A stretch of DNA of 64,000 bases from Candidatus Lambdaproteobacteria bacterium RIFOXYD2_FULL_50_16 (GCA_001783695.1 MFNE01000043.1:77062-141061), one strand, 5' to 3'; shown: positions 20,136 through 30,649, counted from the stretch's first letter. Notes: generated by a model from the letters alone, not told the origin. Made by a program: numbers and translations.

Positions 20136-21041
20136 CTAATCAACCAACTGCAACGGGTTGATGTATTTGATCGGATTCTGAGGCACCGCGTTAAAGGTAA
20201 CTTCATAGTAAAGTTGCGGACCTGTTGTCCGGGGGGTATTGAGGATTTGCCCCATTTCCTGCCCCCTTCTAACCACCTGACCAGGCTCAATCTGTAGATT
20301 AGATACAAACCCATAACGGGTTTGAATGCCATTGGCATGGTCCATCACAATCAACTCACCAAAATATTCGTCCTCTCCCGCGTACTGGACAATACCGTCT
20401 GCTGGGGCCGTAAGGAACGTAAGCGCTTTAGTGGCGATAATCACCCCGTGTTGGGGGCGGGCTTGACCTGTAAAGGCATCGTGCAACATCCCAAACTCAT
20501 TGGTTACATAACCTCTAACGGGCCAGCCTTGGGGCACCCGCTTCATGGGGTTGCTAGTCTCTTTAAAGAAATCCATTAGCTGTAGAAATCTGTTTTCAAT
20601 AGCTTTTTTATCCTGATCTGCTTCTGAAAGGTCCGAAGAGATTACCTCTAAAATCCCCTTCTCTTTCGCCTTGGCAAGAGTGCTAGCTTGGGTCGTCTCG
20701 TCTAGTTCTAGGCTAGGTTTAGACTCGAAAGTCTGGCTAGTAAGGCGTTTTAGTTTTAGATAAAGCCCGTTTAGATGGTCAAAATAAACCTGGGTCGCCG
20801 CGTAACGCTGATCAAATTCCTTGATTCTCGATTCTGCCTCGTCATAATGTTTTTGATTTTCTTCGAGATCAATCAACCCAGTGCGAATGCTGACATAGTC
20901 GTAAACCACCCATCCCCAAAGGGAAAATAGCAGCACCAACAAAAAAGAGACCAACAATAAGGACCGAAACGAAACCTTGAGTCGCTTAATTGCCCCGGTC
21001 TTTTCGGGAATAAAGATAAAGGTGATAAACTTGCCTAACAT
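20136..21041 (-). CDS. LytM/M23-domain protein with coiled-coil N-terminus and a degenerate active site (EnvC/NlpD-like activator type)
   Basis: PADGIV...MDHANGIQTRYGF...GPQLYYEV. The canonical H.H of GPHLHFE is replaced by Q.Y. Confidence 0.7.
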   Translation of the reverse strand: MLGKFITFIFIPEKTGAIKRLKVSFRSLLLVSFLLVLLFSLWGWVVYDYVSIRTGLIDLEENQKHYDEAESRIKEFDQRYAATQVYFDHLNGLYLKLKRLTSQTFESKPSLELDETTQASTLAKAKEKGILEVISSDLSEADQDKKAIENRFLQLMDFFKETSNPMKRVPQGWPVRGYVTNEFGMLHDAFTGQARPQHGVIIATKALTFLTAPADGIVQYAGEDEYFGELIVMDHANGIQTRYGFVSNLQIEPGQVVRRGQEMGQILNTPRTTGPQLYYEVTFNAVPQNPIKYINPLQLVD

Positions 21042-21045
21042 GGGC

Positions 21046-21246
21046 TCAAATTAGACTGTGGGACACAAGCTTTAACAAGAGGATCAAAAGTCCGGCCACC
21101 CCTTCAACTAGAGCCAGCTTTTTGATATCCAAGTTAGGGAAATAGTCTTCTAACCAGTTTTGCACCTTCCTCAGATTCGTCAGCGCGAAAAAACTGTCGG
21201 CGACCATCAACAAGGCTAGGAAAGTGATTAGTAGGTTCATGGGCAA
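21046..21246 (-). CDS. Small hypothetical membrane protein (66 aa)
   Basis: Two hydrophobic segments; sits between the MlaD-like gene and the LytM-like gene. Confidence 0.4.
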   Translation of the reverse strand: MPMNLLITFLALLMVADSFFALTNLRKVQNWLEDYFPNLDIKKLALVEGVAGLLILLLKLVSHSLI

Positions 21247-21281
21247 ACCTAGCGCAAATTTCGGCAGGCGGCAAGCCTCGC

Positions 21282-22916
21282 CTACGGCGCGGTAACCGCG
21301 GTAGCTGCCGGGCCTAGAAGGGACTTCATATAATCTTCAGTAAAGCTGATCCCAATCCCCACATAGGGGTTTTGCAGCTTTTTCCCCGCTTGATCGGACT
21401 GGGTATTAAGTGCGTCATCCATCCCGGCAACGGCGTAGAAATTCTGCGTAAATCGCCAATATCCCCCGGTGGTTAGATGAACCGGCAGATCAGCACGGCT
21501 GAATTCATAAAGGTCCAGGTTAAAGCGGTACTGGTCGTTTTTACCAAAAAATTGGTGCACCCCAAAACCAGCAGTGTTTTCGTACAATCCAAACAACAGT
21601 TCTGTATCAAAAAACCGTTGGGCCACCATCAGGCTCATACGGAAGGTGTCGCGGCTCTGGTAGGCAGTCTCGTCGCTAATAACCACGTCCGTGCTGGTGT
21701 CCACCGTTTTGGTGCGGGTTGAAGTGATTTTCCCGCTGGGGTGGTTTACTAAACGCAAAATATAATAATGATCCCGCACGGGCCGCAATTTGACATCCAC
21801 ATAAGACTTGTTGGTCCCTTGATTTAACAGCCGTTCGCTTTCAAAACCTACTTCGATCTTAAGTTTATTAATCGGATTAATAAACTCATTAACCCCGTCC
21901 AGGGCAGACTGGATGGAGTCAATGGTTTGCTCATCGTTAATCAAGCGCCCTACCGTGCCTTCGCCAGTGTCGATTTTATAAGCAATACTTTCAACCTGAT
22001 CCATCGCCGAATTTAAGTTTTCAGAGGCCGCCTTGATCTCGGCCATAGTGTCTTTGAGGTTCTGGCGATTTTCTTTTAAAATACCTTTTAAGTCGCCCGT
22101 AATCTCGGGGCCGTCTTCGGCCAAGCGGGCGAGTAGTTTATCTAGCGAACTAATTGACTTGTTGATCTCTTCAGAGTTGGCGTCAATAAAGCGGTTGAGT
22201 GATTCGGAGAAGTCCCGGAAGTTAGCGATGGTGTTACGCAGTTCTTCTTTATTCTCCCCGGTTATCTGGGCTAAATCAGAAGACAAGGTCTCCAAGTTGG
22301 CCAAAATGCCCCCAATCTTTTCGTTAGTTTTGATCAAGGTTTGGTCCAGATTGCCGGTCAGGTTTTCTAGGTTGTCCATGATCGCTTTGATCTGTTTCTC
22401 CCCGCGCTCCCCACCGACGGCGGCATTAATAGCGCTGGTGACGTTGCGAACATCGGACAAAATATAAGACAGATCCTCTACTAACGAATCCAGGTCGCCA
22501 CCTGGGGCAATCAGTTGGATGCGGTCGCCGTTTTGTAAGGTTTGCTGGTTTTGGTCACCTAGGGTGACCTCAATATATTTGTCCCCCAAAATGCCAATCG
22601 ACTTGATCATTGCTTGGCTATTGGTGCGCAGGCGGTATTTGTCGTAAACCAATAGGGTCACTTCGGCCCGGCCATCAACCAAATCAATGTCATTGATCTC
22701 GCCTACCTGAATCCCAGCCACCTTTACCGCCGTACCCAAAGCCAAACCGCTGACGTTGTCAAAGGTCACTTTTAGTCGGTAAGTCCCTTTTAGATCGGGG
22801 TCATAGCGGGTCACCTTGATCGAAGCTATCGCCAGAAAGGCCATGGCTGCGAGCACCAGAAGACCGACGTTCATTTCGGTCTTTAATCGAGCTAGTTTTT
22901 TTAAAAAATCCAGCAA
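21282..22916 (-). CDS. MCE/MlaD-domain protein, long form (544 aa), with an extended coiled-coil C-terminal region
   Basis: N-terminal TM, then MCE domain (TYRLKVTFDNVSGL..G..V..AG..VG.I..I.L). Confidence 0.75.
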   Translation of the reverse strand: MLDFLKKLARLKTEMNVGLLVLAAMAFLAIASIKVTRYDPDLKGTYRLKVTFDNVSGLALGTAVKVAGIQVGEINDIDLVDGRAEVTLLVYDKYRLRTNSQAMIKSIGILGDKYIEVTLGDQNQQTLQNGDRIQLIAPGGDLDSLVEDLSYILSDVRNVTSAINAAVGGERGEKQIKAIMDNLENLTGNLDQTLIKTNEKIGGILANLETLSSDLAQITGENKEELRNTIANFRDFSESLNRFIDANSEEINKSISSLDKLLARLAEDGPEITGDLKGILKENRQNLKDTMAEIKAASENLNSAMDQVESIAYKIDTGEGTVGRLINDEQTIDSIQSALDGVNEFINPINKLKIEVGFESERLLNQGTNKSYVDVKLRPVRDHYYILRLVNHPSGKITSTRTKTVDTSTDVVISDETAYQSRDTFRMSLMVAQRFFDTELLFGLYENTAGFGVHQFFGKNDQYRFNLDLYEFSRADLPVHLTTGGYWRFTQNFYAVAGMDDALNTQSDQAGKKLQNPYVGIGISFTEDYMKSLLGPAATAVTAP

Positions 22917-22924
22917 CTGAGGAC

Positions 22925-23674
22925 CTAATAATAAATGTTAAACGGGCCATTTAACTGACCCTCTACAAACTGGCGGACTAAGGGGTTGTCTGTATTTTGG
23001 GCTGCTTGGGTTGTATCATCAAACACCACCTTTCCTTCATACAGCATAGTAATTTTATCAGCGATGCGGTAGGCCGAGGCCATGTCATGGCTGATCACCA
23101 CATAGGTACAACCGGTCTGGGCTTGGGTATCCAGAATCAGTTGGTCGATTACGTGGGTCACAATCGGATCAAGCCCCGAACTGGGCTCGTCAAACAGCAC
23201 CACTTCTGGGTCTAACGCAATGGCGCGAGCTAGCCCCACCCGTTTGCGCATCCCTCCCGATAGATCGGTGGTCGCCTTTTTTTCCGCATTAACCAACCCT
23301 ACTAGCTTCAATTTTTCCATCACCAAGGTTTGGATCTCTTCCTCACTTTTGTGGGTATGTTCGCGCAAGGGAAAGGCGACATTTTCCATCACATCCATCG
23401 AGTCAAACAAAGCGGAATCCTGAAAAAGCATCCCAAAACGTTTGCGGTTGTGCCGCCAAGTTTTTTGGTCCCATTCACTTGTATCTTCGCCACCTATCCA
23501 AATTTTTCCGTTATCAGGCTTAATAAATCCCATTACATGCTTTAAAATTACTGATTTTCCCGCACCTGATCGCCCTATAACTACACTAATTTTGCCCTTG
23601 GGAAAGGTTAGATCAACCCCGTTTAAAATAGGTTGGGCCCCAAAGGATTTGGTTACCTGTTCAAAACGAATCAT
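22925..23674 (-). CDS. ABC transporter ATP-binding protein, MlaF-like
   Basis: Walker A GRSGAGKS, signature LSGGMRKRVGLARA and Walker B VVLFDEP. Start placed at MIRFEQV. Confidence 0.85.
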   Translation of the reverse strand: MIRFEQVTKSFGAQPILNGVDLTFPKGKISVVIGRSGAGKSVILKHVMGFIKPDNGKIWIGGEDTSEWDQKTWRHNRKRFGMLFQDSALFDSMDVMENVAFPLREHTHKSEEEIQTLVMEKLKLVGLVNAEKKATTDLSGGMRKRVGLARAIALDPEVVLFDEPSSGLDPIVTHVIDQLILDTQAQTGCTYVVISHDMASAYRIADKITMLYEGKVVFDDTTQAAQNTDNPLVRQFVEGQLNGPFNIYY

Positions 23675-23678
23675 GGTT

Positions 23679-24530
23679 TCACAGCAAAAAAGCGCCAATA
23701 AAATAGTCGGTTAGCAAGATTACTACCGATCCAATCACCACCGCTTGCGTGGTTGCCTGCCCCACACCTTGAGCCCCGCCACGGGTGTAAAACCCTTTGT
23801 AGCAGCCAATAAATGCCAAAATGAAGCCAAAGATCGAAGACTTGATTAAACCCTTGAGGATTTCGGCGATTCCTACAAAATCATCAATCTTCGCAAAAAA
23901 GACCCCTTCGTCTAATTGCAGCAATACGATGGACACCAACCAGCAAGCGATCATACCAATCATATTAAAAATCATGGTCATCACCGGGAGGATCAAGGTA
24001 CCCGCAACCAGCCGAGGGGACAGGAGGTATTGCACTGGATCCACCGCCATTGATTCGAGCGCGTCAATCTGTTCGGTAACCCGCATGGTGCCTATTTCGG
24101 CGGCGATTGCCGAAGCCACCCGCCCATTGATCATCAAAGCCGCCATTAAGGGCCCCAATTCCCTGGCCATGATCAACGCCACCACCCCTCCCACCAGGTT
24201 TTCACTACCAAAATTGCGTAAGGTGTGGGCCAGTTGCAGGCTTAAAATGGCCCCAACCGCAAACCCGGTCAAGGTGATCACCACCAAAGACTTGTTGCCA
24301 ATAAATTCGAGTTGTTTTGTAAAAAGTCGCCAACGAAAGGGCGGGCGGAACAGGGCCGCGACCGCAGCGGCGCAGAGAAACCCAGCGCGACCCAGGGTCA
24401 AGACCTGATGGATCGAAAAACGTCCTACCGACTCGGGAACCTGTCGGTAGGATTGTTCTCGGATTGTTTGTGCGAGCCCTTCTAAGCTCGCCGCAACCCA
24501 AGCCTTAACCCCAAAAATGGACCGCTTCAC
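23679..24530 (-). CDS. ABC transporter permease, MlaE-like
   Basis: 283 aa; MlaE-type permease pattern (RELGP..AALM..GR..S.IAAE.G.M.V.EQIDAL). Confidence 0.8.
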   Translation of the reverse strand: MKRSIFGVKAWVAASLEGLAQTIREQSYRQVPESVGRFSIHQVLTLGRAGFLCAAAVAALFRPPFRWRLFTKQLEFIGNKSLVVITLTGFAVGAILSLQLAHTLRNFGSENLVGGVVALIMARELGPLMAALMINGRVASAIAAEIGTMRVTEQIDALESMAVDPVQYLLSPRLVAGTLILPVMTMIFNMIGMIACWLVSIVLLQLDEGVFFAKIDDFVGIAEILKGLIKSSIFGFILAFIGCYKGFYTRGGAQGVGQATTQAVVIGSVVILLTDYFIGAFLL

Positions 24531-24536
24531 GCCAGT

Positions 24537-27500
24537 TTAGGGAACCGGAGAGGGTTCAACTCCCCAGATCTCCTTGGCATATTGGTCGATCACCCGGTCT
24601 GAACTAAACTTACCCATGCGGGCCACGTTCAGAATCGACATTTTGGTCCATTGTTTTTGGTCTCGGTAGGCTTCTGCAACTTGAGATTGGCAATCCACAT
24701 AGCTACGGAAGTCAGCAAGCACCATAAAATGGTCCCCGTGATTCACTAAAGTGTCATAAATCCCTACAAACTGATCTGGCTGATTGGGGGAAAAATAACC
24801 GTCGCGAACCTGTTCTAAGACCCGCTTTAGCTCCCAATCTTGAGCGATGTACGCTTGTGGATTATATCCTTGAGAACGGATTTGGCGAATCTCTTCTTCA
24901 GTTTTGCCACAGATAAAAATATTCTCCCGGCCTACCTCTTCCATAATTTCAATATTGGCCCCATCCAAGGTGCCAATGGTCAAGGAGCCGTTTAAAGCAA
25001 ACTTCATGTTACCCGTGCCTGAGGCCTCCATCCCAGCAGTCGAAATCTGCTCAGATAGATCGGAGCCAGGGAATATTTTTTCAGCTAAACTGACCCCGTA
25101 GTTGGGCAAAAAGACCACCCTAAGTAGCCGCCCAACCCGCCGGTCACGGTTGACCAAGTTGGCCACCCCGTTGATTAAGTGAATAATCTCCTTAGCCCTT
25201 TGGTATCCAGGGGCTGCTTTACCGCCAAAAATCACGGTCCGGGGCACAAAGCCTTCCAAGTCACCGTCTTTAATGCGGTTATAAAGCAATATGACGTGAA
25301 GAATATTAAGCAACTGCCGCTTGTATTCGTGAATCCGTTTGACCTGTACGTCAAAGAGGCTGTCCACTTCAACCTGAACATGACAAATCGAGTGAATCAA
25401 GTTAGCCAGCTGGATCTTGTTTTTGCGTTTGACCTTGCGCCAAGAATCTTGAAAGCCAGTGTCCTCGGCAAAGGCTTCTAAGCGTTTGAGCTCGTCAAGG
25501 TGTTTAACCCAATGGTCGCCAATCTTAGAGGTGATCAGTTGCGAGAGTTCTGGATTGCAATGCTTAAGCCACCGTCTTGGGGTGATCCCGTTGGTTTTGT
25601 TATTAAATTTTCCTGGATACAACTCAAAAAAGTCGCGGAAAATTCCGGCAGTAAGCAGTCTCGAATGGAGTTCGGCTACCCCATTTACTGAATAACTACC
25701 GACAATCGCCAAATGAGCCATACGCACCTGTCCGTCTCCGACAATCGACATACGGGCTCGCCGGTCAAAATCGCCGGGGAAGTAGGCGGCAACTTGGTCT
25801 AAAAACCGCTGATTGATCTCGTAAATGATCTGTATATGCCTGGGCAAAATCTGACCCAACAGGTCCACTGGCCAGGTCTCTAAAGCCTCTGGCAAAACGG
25901 TGTGGTTTGTGTAGGCAAAGGTGTTGGTAGTCACCTCCCAAGCGTCGTCCCACTCGAAATTGTATTTGTCGAGCAACAGCCGCATCATCTCGGCAATGGC
26001 GATTGAAGGGTGGGTGTCGTTTAACTGAATGGCCACCTTGTTGGGCAGGTTGTGTACCGTGTCCCCACATTTTTCTAAACGCTCAATGATGTCTTGAAGG
26101 CTGGCCGAAACCATAAAATACTGCTGTTTTAGCCGCAGTTCCTTGCCTTGGTAACTCTTGTCGTTTGGATAAAGCACCTTAGAGATTACTTCGGACTGGT
26201 GTTTATCAACAATCGCTTCAATGTAGTTCCCTTCGTTAAAGGTCGCTAGGTTAAAGGATTCGGTCGAACTCGCCCGCCATAGTTTTAAGGTGTTTACGTT
26301 GTTGGTGCGGTATCCAGGAATGGGCACGTCATAAGCAACCGCGTTAACCCGTTCCCCTTCTTCCCAGATGTCTCGGTGTTGATCCTTGACATTGCGAAAG
26401 CCGGTAACCCGGCCCCCAAAGTGGACCTCGTGGCTGGCTTCGGGCCGAGCGATTTCCCAAGGGGTGCCGTCGTGCAACCAATTATCAGGGTGCTCGCGTT
26501 GCTGTAGATTTTCGATGGTTTGGTTAAACATCCCATACTCATAGCGGATGCCATAGCCGTATGCGGGCAGTTCCATGGTAGCCATCGAGTCCAAGAAGCA
26601 GGCGGCCAAACGCCCCAAGCCCCCGTTGCCCAAACCGGCGTCTTTTTCCAGATCTTCGACCAAATCAAGGCTGGTTCCAAGCTCTTCTAAGGCCAGCCGC
26701 GCGGCTTCGGTCATACCTAAATTGAGCAGGGCGTTCCCCATGGTGCGACCCATTAAAAACTCTAGGCTTAAATAATACACCCGCTTGGGATTGGTGTCAT
26801 AATAATGGCTCTGGGTCTTAATCCACCGGTCGATCATCTCGTCGCGGATGGTGTAAGCCAGCGCGTCGAACTGATCTCGCTTGGAGGCGACGGCCATGTC
26901 ACGGCCCACGGTTAGATTCATCCTCCGCACATAGCGCCGTTTAAACCGCTCTACCATCCACCTAAGCTCTTCGCCTGCAGGTTCAGGGTGTTCAATCTTG
27001 GGGCTTTGCGACTGGGGGGCGTCAAAAGATTGGGCCGGATAGTCCTCGGCTTGGATTTCCTCTTCTGGGGAAGCTAGGGGTTTTTCGCTGCCCACTGGAT
27101 TGAGTTCCTCTTGGGATGGGTCCATCTTTTCCTCGCTTAGTTGTTCTTGAGGCTCCATTGGCCTCGATACACTTGTTTTAGTTGTTTGCCCGTTTGACTC
27201 TACCCGGGCCAATCCTTCAAAGTCATCTGGTAAGGCCAGTATTGGTATTCCTTCGGTCAAGGCTATTTCTGTTGGCTCTTGAGGCTCTTTTACACCTGTG
27301 ACCGCTTCTGGTTCCTCGTGGAGGTCAGCCACCTCCAAAGGTTCCTCGGACTTTTCTAGGTTGGCAGTAAAACCATACCCAGTCGCGGCTTCTGCCGTAG
27401 CCCCCCTTATTCCGCCCTCTATTTCCAAAGCCAAGCTCAATTCTTCGATCGGCGCCTCTGGCTCTTCGGTTTCCTCAAAAGCAACCCCTGTTTCAACCGC

Positions 27501-27791
27501 CATTTCCTCATCGGCGACTTCGTTGGCGGCCTGAACTATGGGGGTGGCTACCGCTTTCAAACTAAGTTCCGCTAGCTCCTCAAGCGGCTCTTGGGGTTCT
27601 TCTAGTCCAGTTTCCTCGAATTCCAGCACCTCTTCTCGCTCAGGCTCACCGGCCAACCAAGCAGGACTTCCAAAGTCCGATCCAGCACGGTCCATCGGGA
27701 TAGACAGGGGCTCGGTTTTCGGCGGAGGTGGCGGGGTCAATTCGTGAGAATCGACACTTCTTGGATTAGGGTAGCGAATATCATCAGCCAT
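24537..27791 (-). CDS. glgP: Glycogen/alpha-glucan phosphorylase with a ~275-aa acidic N-terminal extension
   Basis: Core region matches phosphorylase hallmarks (YYLSLEFLMGR, GLGNGGLGRLAACFLDS, PLP-site GTGNMKFALNG). The core begins around residue 275 of the ORF. The stop is 6 bp from the mlaE-like start. Confidence 0.9.
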   Translation of the reverse strand: MADDIRYPNPRSVDSHELTPPPPPKTEPLSIPMDRAGSDFGSPAWLAGEPEREEVLEFEETGLEEPQEPLEELAELSLKAVATPIVQAANEVADEEMAVETGVAFEETEEPEAPIEELSLALEIEGGIRGATAEAATGYGFTANLEKSEEPLEVADLHEEPEAVTGVKEPQEPTEIALTEGIPILALPDDFEGLARVESNGQTTKTSVSRPMEPQEQLSEEKMDPSQEELNPVGSEKPLASPEEEIQAEDYPAQSFDAPQSQSPKIEHPEPAGEELRWMVERFKRRYVRRMNLTVGRDMAVASKRDQFDALAYTIRDEMIDRWIKTQSHYYDTNPKRVYYLSLEFLMGRTMGNALLNLGMTEAARLALEELGTSLDLVEDLEKDAGLGNGGLGRLAACFLDSMATMELPAYGYGIRYEYGMFNQTIENLQQREHPDNWLHDGTPWEIARPEASHEVHFGGRVTGFRNVKDQHRDIWEEGERVNAVAYDVPIPGYRTNNVNTLKLWRASSTESFNLATFNEGNYIEAIVDKHQSEVISKVLYPNDKSYQGKELRLKQQYFMVSASLQDIIERLEKCGDTVHNLPNKVAIQLNDTHPSIAIAEMMRLLLDKYNFEWDDAWEVTTNTFAYTNHTVLPEALETWPVDLLGQILPRHIQIIYEINQRFLDQVAAYFPGDFDRRARMSIVGDGQVRMAHLAIVGSYSVNGVAELHSRLLTAGIFRDFFELYPGKFNNKTNGITPRRWLKHCNPELSQLITSKIGDHWVKHLDELKRLEAFAEDTGFQDSWRKVKRKNKIQLANLIHSICHVQVEVDSLFDVQVKRIHEYKRQLLNILHVILLYNRIKDGDLEGFVPRTVIFGGKAAPGYQRAKEIIHLINGVANLVNRDRRVGRLLRVVFLPNYGVSLAEKIFPGSDLSEQISTAGMEASGTGNMKFALNGSLTIGTLDGANIEIMEEVGRENIFICGKTEEEIRQIRSQGYNPQAYIAQDWELKRVLEQVRDGYFSPNQPDQFVGIYDTLVNHGDHFMVLADFRSYVDCQSQVAEAYRDQKQWTKMSILNVARMGKFSSDRVIDQYAKEIWGVEPSPVP

Positions 27792-27967
27792 AGCCTTACA
27801 TTCAAAGGGTTGCAGCGTCCTGCAAGGCGTATCTTAGGTGAAGCCATAACCAATTGCAAGCTAACATAAAGACCCAGCCCGGCTGGCTCTTTAACTTGAA
27901 CTTAGGCTCGCTAAAGCAAGATCATACACCCAGGCCCCTCCCCCATTTGAGTCGGAACTGCGAAATC

Positions 27968-30589
27968 TTAAGGTGCTTCTGCTGGCTCGGGTCGCCTTGA
28001 GGGGGGTAGCCCTACTTGTAGCGCCTTTAAAATCTTCTTTTTTTGCTTCTTGAAATAGTCCAGCGCCTCTCGGTCTTGATCCAGGGCCCGTTCAATGGTT
28101 TTAAGAGCCTTTTTATAATCCTTTTTGAGGAAGTAAATCTCGGCTAATGTGTCCAGATTTGCCGAGCTTGGGCTCAAGGCCACTGCTTTTATACTCAAAC
28201 CTAGGGCGTCGTCCAACTTGTTCAACTCTTTATTTTTAGAGGTTACATATAGCCAAGCAAGGTTGTTAAGGGCGATGTGTTCGTCTGGATGCTCGTTTAA
28301 GATTTGCTTATAAACCTTTTCTGATTCTACTCCCTGTTGGTTCATGTCGTAGTTCAAAGCCAGCCGAAGCTTAGCCCAGAGGCTTTGGGGACGATTTTCT
28401 AAATGTATCTTGAGAAGTTCAATCGCCTGGGGGTATTCGCCCGCCAACTCGTAAGCATAAGCCAAACGGGCCTGTACCCAAAGGTTGCCCGGTTCTTGAA
28501 TATTGGCTTCTAAGAGGTGGGCCTTAACCTCCAAGGGTTTTTCTAAAAACTGGGCTTGAACGGCTTGGTAAAAACTCATCCAAGCCGCACCGGAACCTAG
28601 AGGGCTACTTTTGTAACCCTCTAATTTGGCCTGGGCCCCCTGGTCTAAAACCGCCATAAAAAAGGCTAAATAGGGTTTGTAGGGGCTTTTTAGTTGATTA
28701 AGCTCTTGGCGGGCTTGATTGCTTTTAAATACGATGGCTTCAAAGACTTTCATCTCGGGGCTATCGGGCTTAAATCCCCAAGTCTTGGTCGTTTGGCCGT
28801 TTAGGTATAAATAAAGTTCCAGCCCAGCTAAGGAAAAATCCTCCAGATCTAGCGCTTGGGTTACCGCTTCTAAGGCGCCGGCCCGATCAAAATGAACCTT
28901 TGAATAGGCCAGTCGCACTAACAAAAAGGCGTTGTCTCGGTCGCCAGATAGCGCGGTTTCAAAGCTTTTGGCGGCCTCTTGGTGACGGCCTAAACTAGCT
29001 AAAATCTGCCCTTCAAACTCCCTTAACCATTTGGCTTCAGGGTTTCGCATAATTGCCGCCCCAATCGCCTTTTCAGCCTCTGCATATTGATCTTGATGCA
29101 GGTAAATCATCGCCCGCTTAGCAAAGGGCCAGTAGGAGGACTGATCCCCCTCGATCATCGTTTCAATGGTTTTAAGAGCCTTGGGCCAGTCTTTAAGCTC
29201 TTGATAAAGTTCCACTTGATGGGCCAGCACCCAGGATGAATCTGGGCTGGATTCAGCGGCGCGGTTTAGGAAGTCTATCGCTTTTGGATAATCTTTTAAT
29301 ATGCGATAAAGGTTGCCCATTCGGCCAAGAATATAGTTGCTCGTCGGGTGTTCAACCAAGGCCGCTTCAAAAGCCATTAAGGCTTCTGGGTATTGACGGC
29401 GGCGCTCTAACAGGGCGCCATATTCGAGTAATAAAGCAACCGAGTCGCCCTTAAGATTCAGGCCTTCAACAATCACCCGCTCCGCCTCAAAACTATCTAA
29501 GCGTTGGTTATAAATACGGGCTAAGGTCTCATAAACAAACAGGTCTTCGCTGCCCGCAGCGCGGGCTTGCTCCAGCATGTCCACCGCATTTTGCATCTCG
29601 TCTTTGGCTAGGTAGATACGGGCGATTTGCACCATTGCCAGGGTGGAGTCTGGTTTAGAGGCCAGTCCCTTCTTAAAATGGTCTTGCGCTAGATCAAAAT
29701 CCTTTTCTGCCAGATGGATGGTTGCGATCTGGAAGTGCAACATGTAGTTGTCGGGGTGTTTATCAATCGCTTTTAAGATAAGCTGTTTCGCTTGATTGAT
29801 TTCCCCCCGGCTGATCAAATAGTTGCCTAAGCGCAAGGTGAACCAAGGATGGTTAGGAAATCGTAGATTTAAAGATTCTAGCTGGGCACCCCAAGTCCCT
29901 TTTTGGCCGGTGTAATCCAGAAAATCGACGTAAAACTGTTGATAGTCCAGGTTGTCAGGTGCCAGTTCAATGACCTTTAAAATAGAAATTTGGGCATTTT
30001 GAATCCGGCCTAATCGAAATTCAAACTGGGCCTGCCTAAACCAGAGGTCATCCCTTTTGGGAGCCAACTTGGTCGCCTTGACCAAAGCCGCTAAACTAGC
30101 ACTTGGGAGTTGCGCTTGTTCTAAAACCTCAGCCAGTGCCAAACTCTGCTCTAGGCTCGAATGCCCTAAACCTTCGGCTTGATTAAAATCGGCTCGGGCC
30201 GACTCAAGGTAACCTAAGCTAAAAAGCAGTAACCCGCGCATCGAATAAAAAGCCCCCGAACCGGGCCTAGCGGCGATTTGGTCGCTTAAGTAGTCGAGTG
30301 CCTCTTGCTCACCCTGGGTCGCTTGCAAAAGTTTGGCTTTAAGCAGATGGAGGTGGGGTTCGTCAGGATAGGTGGTAAGCGCCTTTTCGGTCAGTTTTAG
30401 AGCTTCAAAACTATCCCCGTTAGAAACTGGCTTTAAGATTTGTCCAAACCCTTCGGTCCCCAATCCCCCTTCGATCAGAGGGCCTTTAGGCCAGTTGGAG
30501 AGGTCAACGGGTTCGGGTTTGGGCAAACTGGCGCAGGAGGCCAAAGTCAGCACCAATAGGGGCAATAAAAAACGATAAAGTTTGGCCAT
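27968..30589 (-). CDS. Large TPR-repeat lipoprotein (873 aa)
   Basis: Signal peptide plus lipobox LTLASC and many TPR-like helical repeats. Confidence 0.7.
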   Translation of the reverse strand: MAKLYRFLLPLLVLTLASCASLPKPEPVDLSNWPKGPLIEGGLGTEGFGQILKPVSNGDSFEALKLTEKALTTYPDEPHLHLLKAKLLQATQGEQEALDYLSDQIAARPGSGAFYSMRGLLLFSLGYLESARADFNQAEGLGHSSLEQSLALAEVLEQAQLPSASLAALVKATKLAPKRDDLWFRQAQFEFRLGRIQNAQISILKVIELAPDNLDYQQFYVDFLDYTGQKGTWGAQLESLNLRFPNHPWFTLRLGNYLISRGEINQAKQLILKAIDKHPDNYMLHFQIATIHLAEKDFDLAQDHFKKGLASKPDSTLAMVQIARIYLAKDEMQNAVDMLEQARAAGSEDLFVYETLARIYNQRLDSFEAERVIVEGLNLKGDSVALLLEYGALLERRRQYPEALMAFEAALVEHPTSNYILGRMGNLYRILKDYPKAIDFLNRAAESSPDSSWVLAHQVELYQELKDWPKALKTIETMIEGDQSSYWPFAKRAMIYLHQDQYAEAEKAIGAAIMRNPEAKWLREFEGQILASLGRHQEAAKSFETALSGDRDNAFLLVRLAYSKVHFDRAGALEAVTQALDLEDFSLAGLELYLYLNGQTTKTWGFKPDSPEMKVFEAIVFKSNQARQELNQLKSPYKPYLAFFMAVLDQGAQAKLEGYKSSPLGSGAAWMSFYQAVQAQFLEKPLEVKAHLLEANIQEPGNLWVQARLAYAYELAGEYPQAIELLKIHLENRPQSLWAKLRLALNYDMNQQGVESEKVYKQILNEHPDEHIALNNLAWLYVTSKNKELNKLDDALGLSIKAVALSPSSANLDTLAEIYFLKKDYKKALKTIERALDQDREALDYFKKQKKKILKALQVGLPPSRRPEPAEAP

Positions 30590-30649
30590 TGAACCAGGGG
30601 AAAAAGATCAAAGGCTCATTATAGGGGAGCCACTAAAAATAAGAAAGGG

